Source: Candidatus Thorarchaeota archaeon (GTDB taxonomy: Archaea; Asgardarchaeota; Thorarchaeia; Thorarchaeales; Thorarchaeaceae). Taken from it: 64,000 bases of DNA. The translations under genes and the position numbers were made by a program. A model generated the notes under the pieces. It was not told the DNA's origin and made no database searches. It was given only the letters and a program-made list of their open reading frames with translations. Below, in pieces: positions 1 through 10,375 of this stretch. Location of the stretch: assembly GCA_029858305.1 (NCBI GenBank), contig JAOUFI010000007.1, forward strand, positions 763 to 64,762. The letters are read 5' to 3'. Positions within the stretch are counted from its first letter, which is position 1. Each line of letters begins with the position of its first letter.

Positions 1-1
1 A

Positions 2-1240
2 GTCATTCATTGTGCAGGGTCGCGTGAAGACGCATCGCTCGAAGGCGCTCGTACTTGGTGTTCTGGTATATGCTGTATGGTAGCTCTAGAGCATACACTT
101 GAGTTGCTTGAGAAATATCCGAACTCTCGAGTATTCCATTTCTATCGAGATTTGCGAGTCTTCTATTCTGCCGAAAACAAGTACCGAGAAGCTCGCAAGA
201 AGGGTGTTGTCTTTGTCAGATATGACAAAGACATTCCACCTGTGGTTAAGAAAGGGAGCGATAAAGCGCTGAGCATTACTGTAATGGATCAAGTGCTAGG
301 AGCTGAACTCACTATAGATGTTGATCATACAGTACTCGCCACTGCAATGGTCCCCAGACCAAACAAAGAAATCTCGGAATTATTCAAGGTCCCTCTCAAT
401 CTCTCAGGCTTTTTCATGGAAGCTCACCCAAAATTGCGACCAGTGGACTTCCAGACCGATGGCGTGTTTGTAGCGGGTACAGCCACAGCTCCAAAGAGTA
501 TTGGAGAATCGATAGCTCAAGGACAAGCAGCCGCCTCAAGAGCGTTGATTCCCCTCATAAAAGGAATTCGAAAGGCTGAGGCTATAGTTTCAGTTGTTGA
601 CCCTGAAATCTGTGTTGGTTGCGGAACTTGTGAGATTAACTGTGCCTACAATGCAATCGAAGTTGTTCCTGGGGACGGAGGTCATGACTATGCGGTGACG
701 AATCCCGTATTGTGTCAAGGTTGTGGGAAATGTGGAGCAGGATGCCCTGCAGGCGCAATTACTATGAAGCATTTCACTGATGACCAGATACTCACTCAGA
801 TTCGCACTGCATTGGACAGTATGCCTGCCAACGATGCAAGAATACTGACTATTCTCTGTAATTGGTGCTCATATGCTGGTGCAGATAGTGCTGGCGTTTC
901 CCGTTTCCAACAACCTTCGAATGTTCGGGATATTCGTGTTATGTGCACCGGGAGGGTAAGTGTACAACACATCTTGGAAGCCTTCAGGCAGGGCGCTGAC
1001 ATGGTTTGGATCTCCGGCTGTCATATTGGAGATTGCCATTATGTTGATGGAAACATCTCCTTTGAGCGTCGGTTTGCCATAGCTAAGAAGATCCTTGAGA
1101 AAGCAGGACTCGAACCTGATCGACTGCAGTTCACGCACATAAGTGCAAGTGAAGGATCTATTTGGGCTGAAACTGTGAAGGAGTTTGCAGAAGTGGCAGA
1201 CAAACTTGGTCCAAGTCCATTGAGACAGAGGAGGCGATAA
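2..1240 (+). CDS. hdrA: HdrA C-terminal part fused to MvhD (5'-truncated by window edge)
   Basis: Frame is open from base 2 (VIHCAGSR...WCSGICC, an HdrA motif). It has C-terminal ferredoxin motifs CVGCGTC and CQGCGKC, then an MvhD [2Fe-2S] domain (CNWCSY, RVMCTGR, GCHIGDCHY). Confidence 0.92.
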   Translation, partial: VIHCAGSREDASLEGARTWCSGICCMVALEHTLELLEKYPNSRVFHFYRDLRVFYSAENKYREARKKGVVFVRYDKDIPPVVKKGSDKALSITVMDQVLGAELTIDVDHTVLATAMVPRPNKEISELFKVPLNLSGFFMEAHPKLRPVDFQTDGVFVAGTATAPKSIGESIAQGQAAASRALIPLIKGIRKAEAIVSVVDPEICVGCGTCEINCAYNAIEVVPGDGGHDYAVTNPVLCQGCGKCGAGCPAGAITMKHFTDDQILTQIRTALDSMPANDARILTILCNWCSYAGADSAGVSRFQQPSNVRDIRVMCTGRVSVQHILEAFRQGADMVWISGCHIGDCHYVDGNISFERRFAIAKKILEKAGLEPDRLQFTHISASEGSIWAETVKEFAEVADKLGPSPLRQRRR

Positions 1241-1242
1241 AG

Positions 1243-1761
1243 ATGACAGAGGTATGGGGACAATTCAAGTCATTTCAGGGAAAGAAGTTCAAAGCTCTGG
1301 ATGTTGAGTTCACCAAAGAGGTTTCAAATCTAATTGGAGGAAAAGACCTCACTGCGTGCTTTCAATGTGCAAAATGCAGTGCTGGTTGCCCCGTTTCTGA
1401 CAAGGTGAACATACAGATTCATGAAGTCATGCGAATGCTTCTCTTTGGACTTAAAGAGGTTCTCGAAACCGACATGGTCTGGCTCTGTTCAACATGCTAT
1501 ACCTGTCAAGAACGTTGTCCACAGGGAATTGACATCACTGATATCTTGTTTGGCCTGAAGAATATGGCTTTCAAGAAGGGGATTACTCCTGCTGGATATT
1601 TAGGAGCACGGCAGTCACTATATGATACAGGACGGCTCTACGAACCTACTGACTGGGAACGCGACGATCTCGGGCTTGATCCAGTTCCTGAGTTGAATAT
1701 TGAAGATACGAAGAAGATGCTCAACAAAACAAAACTCATGAAACTGGAGGAGGATGAGTAA
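1243..1761 (+). CDS. hdrC: Heterodisulfide reductase subunit C
   Basis: CFQCAKCSAGCP and WLCSTCYTCQERCPQG 2x[4Fe-4S] motifs; lies between hdrA and hdrB. Confidence 0.92.
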   Translation: MTEVWGQFKSFQGKKFKALDVEFTKEVSNLIGGKDLTACFQCAKCSAGCPVSDKVNIQIHEVMRMLLFGLKEVLETDMVWLCSTCYTCQERCPQGIDITDILFGLKNMAFKKGITPAGYLGARQSLYDTGRLYEPTDWERDDLGLDPVPELNIEDTKKMLNKTKLMKLEEDE

Positions 1762-2638
1762 ATTGACGCAGAGCTATGAAGTATTCCTTGGATGTGCAAT
1801 TCCTAGTAGGTTCAATAATTACGAGTCTTCCATGCGTGCAGTCGCAAAGGCACTTGACATTGGGCTAATTGATTTCGAAGGTGCATCATGCTGTGGAACT
1901 GTAGTCCTCAAATCCATTGATGAGAGTAGTTGGCTCTCCATGTCAGGTCGTAATATTGCGCTCGCGGAACAAAGAGGCCATGACATTGTCACTCCATGTA
2001 ATGGCTGCTTTGGCTCTCTGAAAGATACAAACCATGTACTTCATGAAGATGCATTGTACAGAGCGAAAGTCAACGCAGCTCTAAAACCGTTAGGTCTGGA
2101 GTATACGGGAAAGACCAAGATACGCCATTTCGTAGAAGTTCTCTACGATTTGAGAAATGAAATCGAAAAGAAGATAGTTCACCGTCTAGATGGTTTAAAG
2201 GTTGCATTTCATCCAGGTTGTCACCTTATTCGACCTTCTAATGTTGCAGGATTTGATAATCCTGAGCTACCTCGAAAAGTCGATGAATTGATTGAGCTTA
2301 CAGGAGCGAAGAGTGTCCATTGGGACATGAAACTTCGGTGTTGTGGTTCACCGCTTCTAATTGCGAGTGAATCAGTTGCCGTCAAAATACTACAGGAAAA
2401 GATGATTTCTGCAAATGGTGCAGGAGCAAACTGCGTGGTCACAAACTGTCCTGCATGTCATACACAGTTTGACATCCAACAGTTGGGACTCAAGGACGAT
2501 GCGGGAAACTCGCTCGAGTTACCAGCTCTCTTTGTCACACAGGTATTGGGTGCTGCAATGGGAGTTGAACCTGAACCATTAGGATTTGAGCTCAACAGAG
2601 TATCCCTTGATCCAATCCGTGATATTCTCGGTATCTAA
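1754..2638 (+). CDS. hdrB: Heterodisulfide reductase subunit B
   Basis: Two CCG domains (ASCCG...TPCNGC; HPGCH...RCCG...NCPACH); overlaps the hdrC stop. Confidence 0.92.
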   Translation: MSKLTQSYEVFLGCAIPSRFNNYESSMRAVAKALDIGLIDFEGASCCGTVVLKSIDESSWLSMSGRNIALAEQRGHDIVTPCNGCFGSLKDTNHVLHEDALYRAKVNAALKPLGLEYTGKTKIRHFVEVLYDLRNEIEKKIVHRLDGLKVAFHPGCHLIRPSNVAGFDNPELPRKVDELIELTGAKSVHWDMKLRCCGSPLLIASESVAVKILQEKMISANGAGANCVVTNCPACHTQFDIQQLGLKDDAGNSLELPALFVTQVLGAAMGVEPEPLGFELNRVSLDPIRDILGI

Positions 2639-2653
2639 CATCCACATCAGGTA

Positions 2654-3226
2654 TCAATTTATTTTACTTTCACCATAGAAGATTTGACCCAACTTCTTCA
2701 TGGCATCTCGAACGCAATCTTTCTTCCCGCTGACCTGTAGATACCTTTCTCCATCTAGAGATATATTCACTCTACAGTTCTCTGCAATCTCAGATATGAC
2801 CTCTACGGGAATATCTTCAGGAAGTTTGATTCGAAAGAAACCTACTTGTTTATCCCTTGGAATGTCAGAGATGTGCACCTGTGGTTCTGGCTTGTAGGCG
2901 TCGCTCTTACCCATTAATGCAGCATCAAATCGTGCTTCCCAAGTGTTTCTGTAATCTACTCCCTCTTTTTCTTCTGCCCAGACCATAAGTGTATCTCGAA
3001 GCCTTTGTATTTTATTTTCCATTTCGACCTGAAGTCGGGTATCAGCATCACACATGTCCCCTGTCCTTAACTCACTCTCAAAAGAGCGAAGATACTCTAT
3101 GCTCATCTTTGAGTTTCTAAGGTCTGCGTAAGTCAAATCCGGAATGAAAACATCTCTCTCTTTCAGAGCTCCTAATAGGTCATTTAAGACCATCCAACCT
3201 GCAAGAAGACCGTCCAACGATACCAT
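2654..3226 (-). CDS. DUF2096-like archaeal conserved protein
   Basis: W-x-VLNDL N-terminus and C-terminal RIKLPEDIP...LQVSG motif resemble DUF2096; immediately downstream of the large hdrA. Confidence 0.6.
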   Translation of the reverse strand: MVSLDGLLAGWMVLNDLLGALKERDVFIPDLTYADLRNSKMSIEYLRSFESELRTGDMCDADTRLQVEMENKIQRLRDTLMVWAEEKEGVDYRNTWEARFDAALMGKSDAYKPEPQVHISDIPRDKQVGFFRIKLPEDIPVEVISEIAENCRVNISLDGERYLQVSGKKDCVRDAMKKLGQIFYGESKIN

Positions 3227-3230
3227 TATG

Positions 3231-6200
3231 TCACTCTCTCAACATTTCTGCTGTTTCGTCGAGAATGCTCTTTTCACGCCACCAGCGGAGATCGCGTGCT
3301 CCAGTGGGGCAAATTGCACAACATGCGCCGCACCCCTCACATCGCATCTCATCAGTGACGCTCTTCTTGACACCGGGCTCAATCTCTATCATTGAAACTG
3401 CATCATACGGACAGATCTCTGAGTAGTGGCAAAGATCGCAACCAACACAAAGGTCTCTATCAACCTCTGCAGTCAGTAGTTCGATTTCCACAGTACCTAG
3501 ATTCAGCGGGATGCATGCTTCGCTTGCAGCTCCGCGAGCCTGATTGATAGAATCTCCAATGTTCTTTGCATAGGTGACACCCAGAAAAACTCCTGGAACT
3601 GTGGTTTCCACTGGCTTGTATTTCATATGCATCTCAGCTAGGAAACCATCCTGTCCTCGGTTAATGCCCATAGCTTTTACGAATTGATCGACATCATGTG
3701 GTGCCTCAAGTCCAAGAGCTAGCACTACCATCTCTGACTTAATCTTGAAAGTTTCCTGTGAAAATGTGTCGTAAATCGTGACAATCGCTGAATCACCATC
3801 TGGATCTTTCTCGATTCTAATCGGTCGTTCTCGTTCCCAGCGGAGATAGGTCACTCCCTTCTGCCTGTTTTCACGCCACATCTCTTCCATCCCTTTCGCA
3901 TATGGACGAATGTGTTCTTTATAGGCTGAAAATATCTTGATATCAGGAAACATCTCTTTCAGCTCGTGCTGCATGGCAATAGTAGCTGAACAGCAGACTC
4001 TTGAGCAATATCGATTACCCTCCCCTGGATTTTGTCTAGATCCCACACAGTGAATGAACAGGGGATTCTTAGGTGGTTTCTTCAACTCTCCGTTCCTCAG
4101 TCGCCTCTCAAGTTCGAGGGTTGAAATCACTCCAGGAACTTCGCCCCATCCATACTCACCCTGTTTTGGTTCATATACATCAGTTCCTACGGTTATCACC
4201 ATAGATCCAATACGGTGAACGGTCTGTTCACCTGTTTTTGTATTCTCTACTGATATGTCGTAGTTCCCGTAGGATCCATCTCGTGCAACAACTTTCGAGT
4301 TTAGAAGAACATGGATGCGTTTACTCTTCTCGATCCTTTCTGTAAGGTCTTCCACAATGTCTTGCGCTGAATCCATAGCTGGAAATAGATGATAAAGTTC
4401 ATTCAATCTTCCACCAAGTCTGTCTTCTTTCTCAACAAGAATCACATCGAATCCTTTTCGTGCAATATCAAGAGCTGCTGTCATACCAGAAACTCCTCCT
4501 CCAACAACCATTGATACTGGTGTCACTTTGACACTCTTTAGAGGAACAACTTCATTATTGACAGCTTTTGCCACAGCGCTCCGTATCATATCCTGAGCTT
4601 TCTCTTGCCTGACTTCAGGACCTGCGTTTACATGGACTAATGCTAAGTGCTCTCGTAGACCAACTGGTCCCACCAAGTAATATCCTGATAGTCCTGCAGC
4701 TTTCAAGGCACTTCTGAATGTTGATTCGTGCTGCAGCGGTGAACAAGATCCTACTACCACCCGGTTTAGCTTGTGCTCCTTGATAGCATCGGTTACAAGC
4801 TGCTGACCTGGGTCACTGCACATGAAGATATAGTCAGTTGCGTATGCTACATTTGGCAGGTCTTTAGCCCACTCCGCAAGACCTGGCGAGCTAATCTCAT
4901 TCCCTATAATACCACCACAATGACATATGAAAACTCCAACTCGTGGTTCATCGCCAAGGTCCGCTGGAGGAATTTCTGGTTCTGGTTCTAGTGTTGGAAT
5001 CGGCAGAATCGAATGAGCTGCCATTGCTGCTCCTTTTCCTTCATTAACACTATCTGTACCATCCCGCGGGCCATGGGCACATCCTGCAACGAAGATACCT
5101 GTACGATTTGTTTCAAGGGCAGCCGCGTTGGCGTGTTTTTCTTTAATCCATCCAGCTTCATCAAGATCTATCTTTAGTATCTTTGAGAGTTCTTCTACAC
5201 CTTCACTGGGTCTGAAGCTACTATTGAGAACGACCATGGAAATCTTGTCGAGCTCGATTATCTTACCCGAATCTGTATCCTCCATCTTGACATACAGGTC
5301 ATGTGTATCAGGATTCTCTTGAATCTCAGATACCCTGCCTCGAATGAACTTGATACCCCGATTCTTCTCAGAGTCCCATAGGAACTCTTCAAGTGCCTTT
5401 CCAGCTGTTCGCATGTCCATGTATGTATAGATTATTTCACAGTGATCCTCAGGATAATGCATCCGAGTTACTTGTGCCAGCTTTAATCCGAATGAACAAC
5501 AGACTCTATTACAATGCGCACTGTATCCACTGATATTCTCTCTAACATCTCTACTTCCTACGCAGTTCACAAACAGGACGTGTTCCGGTTCCTTCCCATC
5601 TGATGGACGAACCATATGGGAATCAGTAGGACCTGTGGGGTGTGATTGCCTATCATACTCCATTGAAGTTACAACATTAGGAAAAACACCGTACCCATAC
5701 TCTCCATAATCCAATGGCCTATATTCTTCAAACCCAGTGGCCACGATTATGGAGCCAACGTGGAGATCGAAAACCTTGTCTTCATCATCATACATGATGC
5801 AATCCTGTGGACAGATTGATGCGCAAGTTCCACAGCCAATACAAGCGTTCCTGTCGATTGTTGCGATTAATGGGATTTGTTGTGGAAAGTTCATGTAGAT
5901 TGCTTTCCGGAGGGAGAGCCCCTTGTCATACTCATTCGGTACTTCTACCGGACATGAACGAATACACAATTGGCAACCAGTACATTTGTCCTCATTGACA
6001 TAGCGGGCTTTCTTTCGAATCGTGACAGTGAAGTCGCCCTCTTTTCCAACCACCTTCTCGACAGTTGATAATGGATGGATGGTGATATTGGGATGCTTCC
6101 CTACAAAGGAAGTGAGAGGAGTCATAACGCAGGCAGAACATTCCAAAGCTGGGAATATCTTGTAGATTGCTACATAGTTCCCACCAATATTCACGGTCTT

Positions 6201-6335
6201 TTCAATCATATGGGCATGATGGCCGCCATTGGCAAGACCCAAAGACGCATTGATTCCTGCCATACCTCCACCAATGACTAGAACGTCTGTTGGCTTAGCC
6301 CTGTGTTCTGATTTCTTGGCTGACTCGCTGACCAT
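3231..6335 (-). CDS. hdrA: Double-length HdrA-like flavoprotein (two FAD modules, several Fe-S clusters)
   Basis: Two GGGxxG FAD motifs, two CVGSR...CxRVCC motifs, inserted and C-terminal ferredoxin motifs, internal VGVFICHCG domain. Start placed at ATG 6335 behind GGAGA; the ORF track start is 6416. Confidence 0.88.
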   Translation of the reverse strand: MVSESAKKSEHRAKPTDVLVIGGGMAGINASLGLANGGHHAHMIEKTVNIGGNYVAIYKIFPALECSACVMTPLTSFVGKHPNITIHPLSTVEKVVGKEGDFTVTIRKKARYVNEDKCTGCQLCIRSCPVEVPNEYDKGLSLRKAIYMNFPQQIPLIATIDRNACIGCGTCASICPQDCIMYDDEDKVFDLHVGSIIVATGFEEYRPLDYGEYGYGVFPNVVTSMEYDRQSHPTGPTDSHMVRPSDGKEPEHVLFVNCVGSRDVRENISGYSAHCNRVCCSFGLKLAQVTRMHYPEDHCEIIYTYMDMRTAGKALEEFLWDSEKNRGIKFIRGRVSEIQENPDTHDLYVKMEDTDSGKIIELDKISMVVLNSSFRPSEGVEELSKILKIDLDEAGWIKEKHANAAALETNRTGIFVAGCAHGPRDGTDSVNEGKGAAMAAHSILPIPTLEPEPEIPPADLGDEPRVGVFICHCGGIIGNEISSPGLAEWAKDLPNVAYATDYIFMCSDPGQQLVTDAIKEHKLNRVVVGSCSPLQHESTFRSALKAAGLSGYYLVGPVGLREHLALVHVNAGPEVRQEKAQDMIRSAVAKAVNNEVVPLKSVKVTPVSMVVGGGVSGMTAALDIARKGFDVILVEKEDRLGGRLNELYHLFPAMDSAQDIVEDLTERIEKSKRIHVLLNSKVVARDGSYGNYDISVENTKTGEQTVHRIGSMVITVGTDVYEPKQGEYGWGEVPGVISTLELERRLRNGELKKPPKNPLFIHCVGSRQNPGEGNRYCSRVCCSATIAMQHELKEMFPDIKIFSAYKEHIRPYAKGMEEMWRENRQKGVTYLRWERERPIRIEKDPDGDSAIVTIYDTFSQETFKIKSEMVVLALGLEAPHDVDQFVKAMGINRGQDGFLAEMHMKYKPVETTVPGVFLGVTYAKNIGDSINQARGAASEACIPLNLGTVEIELLTAEVDRDLCVGCDLCHYSEICPYDAVSMIEIEPGVKKSVTDEMRCEGCGACCAICPTGARDLRWWREKSILDETAEMLRE

Positions 6336-6583
6336 AGGAATATTCTCCAAGGTACTATTGCAACAAGAGCTCGAGCGGAGCGGGAGATATAATCTTTCTG
6401 TCACGACCTTGAGCATGTGAAGAATTTAGCACACGTGTTCTAACATGATAATTGAAGATGCTTTATCAGCCTTAAGGAATGCCCAAATCAGTGGATTCAT
6501 TCCTGCAACAGCTATTTACTCCCATATCACATAGTAGCTAGTAAGTTAGAGCAGGTGAGGGAAAACATCCCTATGCTCCATTT

Positions 6584-7672
6584 CTATTCGGCTGCTCTTC
6601 CTCGCTGCTTCTGATAGATATAAACAATCGAAGCGAAAACTATCGCGAGTAAATAGAGAATAATTGGAATCCAGAGGAATTCGAGCCGCATCAGGTAGCT
6701 GAAGCCTCGACCATATCCACCGAATTCTGTAGGTAAGTAGATCCACGCTAGAGCTCCAAAATAGAGTGCAAAGACAATCCATCTGTACTCTCTCCTTACT
6801 TTGAAAATATACATGTAGGTGAACACGAACATGAACGCAAATCCTGAGGCGAACATTGGCCACATATCAGGTGACGTAGAAGGACTCATTATCGTGTTGT
6901 AGACAGCTACAAAGAACGCATGCACACCTACAAAGCTCTCAAGAAGAACAATCCAACCACGATTAAGATGGACTACTGTATAAGCCAAAGAGAGCTGTGT
7001 GAACAGCAAGAACATGTAGAAGAATCCTGTCAACAGCTGGGGGTCATAGGTCATGGGATGGAACCAGAATGTATACACTAAAGCCCATGCGATAATGTAT
7101 GGATGATTTCTTCTGAAAAATCCTGAAACTTGTGCTGTTATCGGCTTACCCATTTTTCGTCCCATGAAAAGACCGCGCCTTGGATGTTCAATAATCAGGA
7201 TAATGACTAACATCACAATGACTGAGCCTTGACTGGTCCATATAGGAACGTCCTGAGCAAGTCCATCGAACCATATCTGTGTTTGAATCAAATGCAGGAT
7301 GATGAATGCTACATTGATCAGAATCGTAGCCCAGTTATACCTTGTGAGCCCTCTCGTGGGTTGAGTACGATATATCTTCAGGTTCTTTTGAGCCCAGTAT
7401 ATAGCTCCCCAGATTGCAAATTGGTGACTGAGATAGAAACTCCACACAACCAACATGACCATAAAGTCTCGCGCTGGTAATTTCCAAAAGTACCAACTAG
7501 CTCCTAGGTCTGGCCCAAGGGTTGCAAGGACAGGATCAAGGAATGGACCCAACGCCCAAATGATGAATGTGAACACAATTGCAAATAACAGACTTCCAAT
7601 CCAAGCATAGTATGCAGTCCGTGAATCCTGCTTCGTATCCAATTCTTCAGGTTTGGTGTTCGATTCATCCAT
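6584..7672 (-). CDS. Polytopic membrane protein of unknown function
   Basis: 362-aa ORF with about 9 hydrophobic segments. Confidence 0.75.
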   Translation of the reverse strand: MDESNTKPEELDTKQDSRTAYYAWIGSLLFAIVFTFIIWALGPFLDPVLATLGPDLGASWYFWKLPARDFMVMLVVWSFYLSHQFAIWGAIYWAQKNLKIYRTQPTRGLTRYNWATILINVAFIILHLIQTQIWFDGLAQDVPIWTSQGSVIVMLVIILIIEHPRRGLFMGRKMGKPITAQVSGFFRRNHPYIIAWALVYTFWFHPMTYDPQLLTGFFYMFLLFTQLSLAYTVVHLNRGWIVLLESFVGVHAFFVAVYNTIMSPSTSPDMWPMFASGFAFMFVFTYMYIFKVRREYRWIVFALYFGALAWIYLPTEFGGYGRGFSYLMRLEFLWIPIILYLLAIVFASIVYIYQKQRGRAAE

Positions 7673-7773
7673 TGATTTTCAACCCGCAGTAACAGAAATC
7701 ATGGGCTGACCCGGTATTTATAGTATTCATAAGGTATAACTTGCCCTTTGTAAAATAATACCATGGTGTCTGA

Positions 7774-8106
7774 ATGACAAAAGAAAAGATATTGGCCCAA
7801 CTCAAGACTCTTGGAGAGCGATTTCAGGATCCGAAGATTCAGCGTAGGTTTAAGGATTATAATAAAGCCCTCCAGTTCATCTTCCCTGATATTGATGCAA
7901 AGATGTACATGAAAATAGGAGATGCCATACTTGAAGAGGTTGCAGAGGGAGAGATTGAATCAGAGTTGAAGGTGACAATGGACTCCAGTGTCTTCTTTGG
8001 CATAATGGATAAGACAGAGAGTCCCATGGCTGCCTACTCTGCAGGAAAACTAAAGACTGTGGGAGAGGTTCCTGACCTTTTGAAATTGCAGAAACTACTT
8101 CTCTGA
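7774..8106 (+). CDS. Stand-alone SCP2 (sterol carrier protein 2) domain protein
   Basis: SCP2-type pattern LKVTMDSSVFFGIM...PMAAYSAGKLKTVG...LLKL. Confidence 0.8.
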   Translation: MTKEKILAQLKTLGERFQDPKIQRRFKDYNKALQFIFPDIDAKMYMKIGDAILEEVAEGEIESELKVTMDSSVFFGIMDKTESPMAAYSAGKLKTVGEVPDLLKLQKLLL

Positions 8107-8445
8107 TTTTGGTCCCTTTTCCACAACCATCGAAACTAACTCTCGCATTCGAATCATCTGACTTCTTACATGTTCGCCTCCTTCCATAGTCAACACAGCA
8201 AAAGTCGTTGGTTTGAGATCGACAAATCTCTTCGATATTCGAATCAGTCCCATTTCTTCCAATTTCCTAAGATGACTTGATAGATTCCCTGATGTGAGTC
8301 CAAGTTTCTTCTGCAAGACTGGAAAAGTTGCGTGTTGCGTGAAATAGAGATAGACAAGTATAGAGAGTCTTGTGGGAACCATCGTTTCACGGTCTTCTTC
8401 CATGAGTCCTACCAATTTAGATAGGAGATCCCCATCCAGACTCAA
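8095..8445 (-). CDS. Winged-helix transcriptional regulator (ArsR/MarR-like)
   Basis: RLSILVYL...LGLTSGNLSSHLRKLEEMGLI wHTH motif. Confidence 0.85.
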   Translation of the reverse strand: MSLDGDLLSKLVGLMEEDRETMVPTRLSILVYLYFTQHATFPVLQKKLGLTSGNLSSHLRKLEEMGLIRISKRFVDLKPTTFAVLTMEGGEHVRSQMIRMRELVSMVVEKGPKSEK

Positions 8446-8447
8446 AT

Positions 8448-9125
8448 CTATCCCTGTCCTTTGCTTTCTAGAAGTAGTTGTTCAGCTGTGACAAGCATAT
8501 AGATTCCAATTACGTAAATGCCGCCCATATCAACTACGACTAGAAGAACATACGAAAAGATGGGAAACATCAACATTGGGATTATGCTGAGAAAGGTGAC
8601 TAATGCAAAGTAGAAATGTTCCCGAGTGACGAGCCCCTCCTGCACGCTTTTCCTTGCCAATAGATAGTTGGAAAGAAAACCAGTTCCCATGATTGATTGT
8701 AGCACTGGAGGGAATTGACTTGTCATTCCTGATGGAAATAGAATAAGTGAAACTACCACAATCGCTGCTCCCAGAATTCCCCAAACAGCGAAGACATACT
8801 TGCCTTCTACATCACTTTGGGGTTGTTGGGGATAGGAACGTGTCAGTGGTACTATCAGTCTAAAAGCGACAATCCAAGAAAAGAACAGGCTTAGAAAAAC
8901 AAATCCTAAATTGAGTAGGAATGGGTCTCCTGGTCCCAGAATGTTCAGTAGAAACATGAAAGTCAATGTCGTAAATGATATTCCTCCAGCAATAATTATG
9001 TACACTAGACCAGCTACTCGACGTCCTACAACGACTGGATACTTGTCAATCAGGTCTGTGAGCAAAAGGAGCTGCTTTGCTTTTTCGATCATTTCTTCAT
9101 TTTCTTCGGAATTCTCTGGGCTCAT
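8448..9125 (-). CDS. Membrane protein, coupled to the wHTH gene
   Basis: About 6 TM segments; 2-nt gap to the regulator gene. Confidence 0.75.
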   Translation of the reverse strand: MSPENSEENEEMIEKAKQLLLLTDLIDKYPVVVGRRVAGLVYIIIAGGISFTTLTFMFLLNILGPGDPFLLNLGFVFLSLFFSWIVAFRLIVPLTRSYPQQPQSDVEGKYVFAVWGILGAAIVVVSLILFPSGMTSQFPPVLQSIMGTGFLSNYLLARKSVQEGLVTREHFYFALVTFLSIIPMLMFPIFSYVLLVVVDMGGIYVIGIYMLVTAEQLLLESKGQG

Positions 9126-9195
9126 GCACTCACCTCAGTATTATGTGCTATTTTCACTTTCAAACTCTCCCTAATAACTCTACCAGAAAAAGAAC

Positions 9196-9213
9196 GGAGT
9201 CCCGAAGGACTCC
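9196..9213 (-). terminator. Hairpin terminator after the ABC permease
   Basis: Minus strand GGAGTCC-TTCG-GGACTCC (7-bp stem, UUCG loop) followed by GTTCTTTTTCT. Confidence 0.7.
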
Positions 9214-10373
9214 TAGCGAGTACCCTGTCTTCCGAACAGGATAATTCCTACTGCAATGAGTAAGACTCCCACTAATGACACGATGGCCAGCTCAACCCAG
9301 ATTACTGTAGCAGTAATCGGAGCTCCTCTGAGGAACAGAGTTGCTATCGCGTTGGTGATGTGCTTGCTTGGCATGAAGTTTGCGAAAACCTCCATTCCAC
9401 CTCCAAGTGGCATGAATGTGCCAAAAAATAGCTGGGGCATGATGAATGCAAAGCTTATTCCTGTTGATGTTTCAGCTGACTTGGATAATGTCGCTGAGAT
9501 GAGACCGAAGCCTACAGACACCAGTGAGAATGCTAGAGAGATCACAAATGTGAAGCCTATTCCTGCAATTCCGGTTTGGGGTCTGTAGCCAATCATGTAC
9601 GAGGCTGCAAGGACAAGAGTGACCTGGACTACTGCAATAATCATATAGGAAAAGGTGTGACCCAGCATGTAGTCAGCTGATGAGGCCGGTGTTGTCCTCA
9701 GTCTCCTCAGGAGACCCTCATCCCTCTCTACAGTCATCGATTGTGCTACAATCATGGTCATGAATATTGCTGCGAATGCAAAGATTCCTGGTGCCATGAA
9801 ATCCCACTGAGTGAGAGTACTAGACTCCACGAGAGCAGGACTACCAATATCTACAGGCAGACCCATGGCCATTGCGTCCTCTCCAAATATTGACTTAAGA
9901 AGAGCCTCTTGAACAAGCGGGGGAACAGCTGAGACTGCCATCATTGACCCGCTATCGACATACAATCCAATTGTTGAGTTGTCCCAAGCACTAGGATCGA
10001 ACGGAGAACCATAGTACGATTCGATGCTGACACCGAAGCCTTCAGGAATCACAATGAAGGCATCAAGATTTCCTTGTAGGAGTGCGTCTTGTCCTGTGAC
10101 ATTGTCATCAAAGTGATGGATGACAAATACTTCTGATGAAGTGAGGTTGTTAGCAAAAGCTTGACTCCACTCCGCCTGTGGACTAGTAACATCCTGATTC
10201 AGAAGACCAACATCGAAACTCGTTGTGCCTCCTCCACCAATACCACCAAATGCAAGTCCAAACACGAAGGTCATCGCAAGGGGGAATATGATTAGCATAA
10301 AGAGGACAGCTGGTTCCCTGGTCATCATTTTCAGATTCTTCTTTGTTAAGGCTAAAATTCGTCGTCGGTTCAT
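9213..10373 (-). CDS. ABC-2 type exporter permease
   Basis: N-terminal TM, extracellular domain, 5 C-terminal TMs, ERDEGLLRRLRTTP motif. Confidence 0.9.
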   Translation of the reverse strand: MNRRRILALTKKNLKMMTREPAVLFMLIIFPLAMTFVFGLAFGGIGGGGTTSFDVGLLNQDVTSPQAEWSQAFANNLTSSEVFVIHHFDDNVTGQDALLQGNLDAFIVIPEGFGVSIESYYGSPFDPSAWDNSTIGLYVDSGSMMAVSAVPPLVQEALLKSIFGEDAMAMGLPVDIGSPALVESSTLTQWDFMAPGIFAFAAIFMTMIVAQSMTVERDEGLLRRLRTTPASSADYMLGHTFSYMIIAVVQVTLVLAASYMIGYRPQTGIAGIGFTFVISLAFSLVSVGFGLISATLSKSAETSTGISFAFIMPQLFFGTFMPLGGGMEVFANFMPSKHITNAIATLFLRGAPITATVIWVELAIVSLVGVLLIAVGIILFGRQGTR

Positions 10374-10375
10374 CT

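Noticed and set aside
2-6335. Selenocysteine in HdrA/MvhD
   Set aside because: Some Asgards encode Sec, but these frames have Cys at the motifs and no in-frame TGA.
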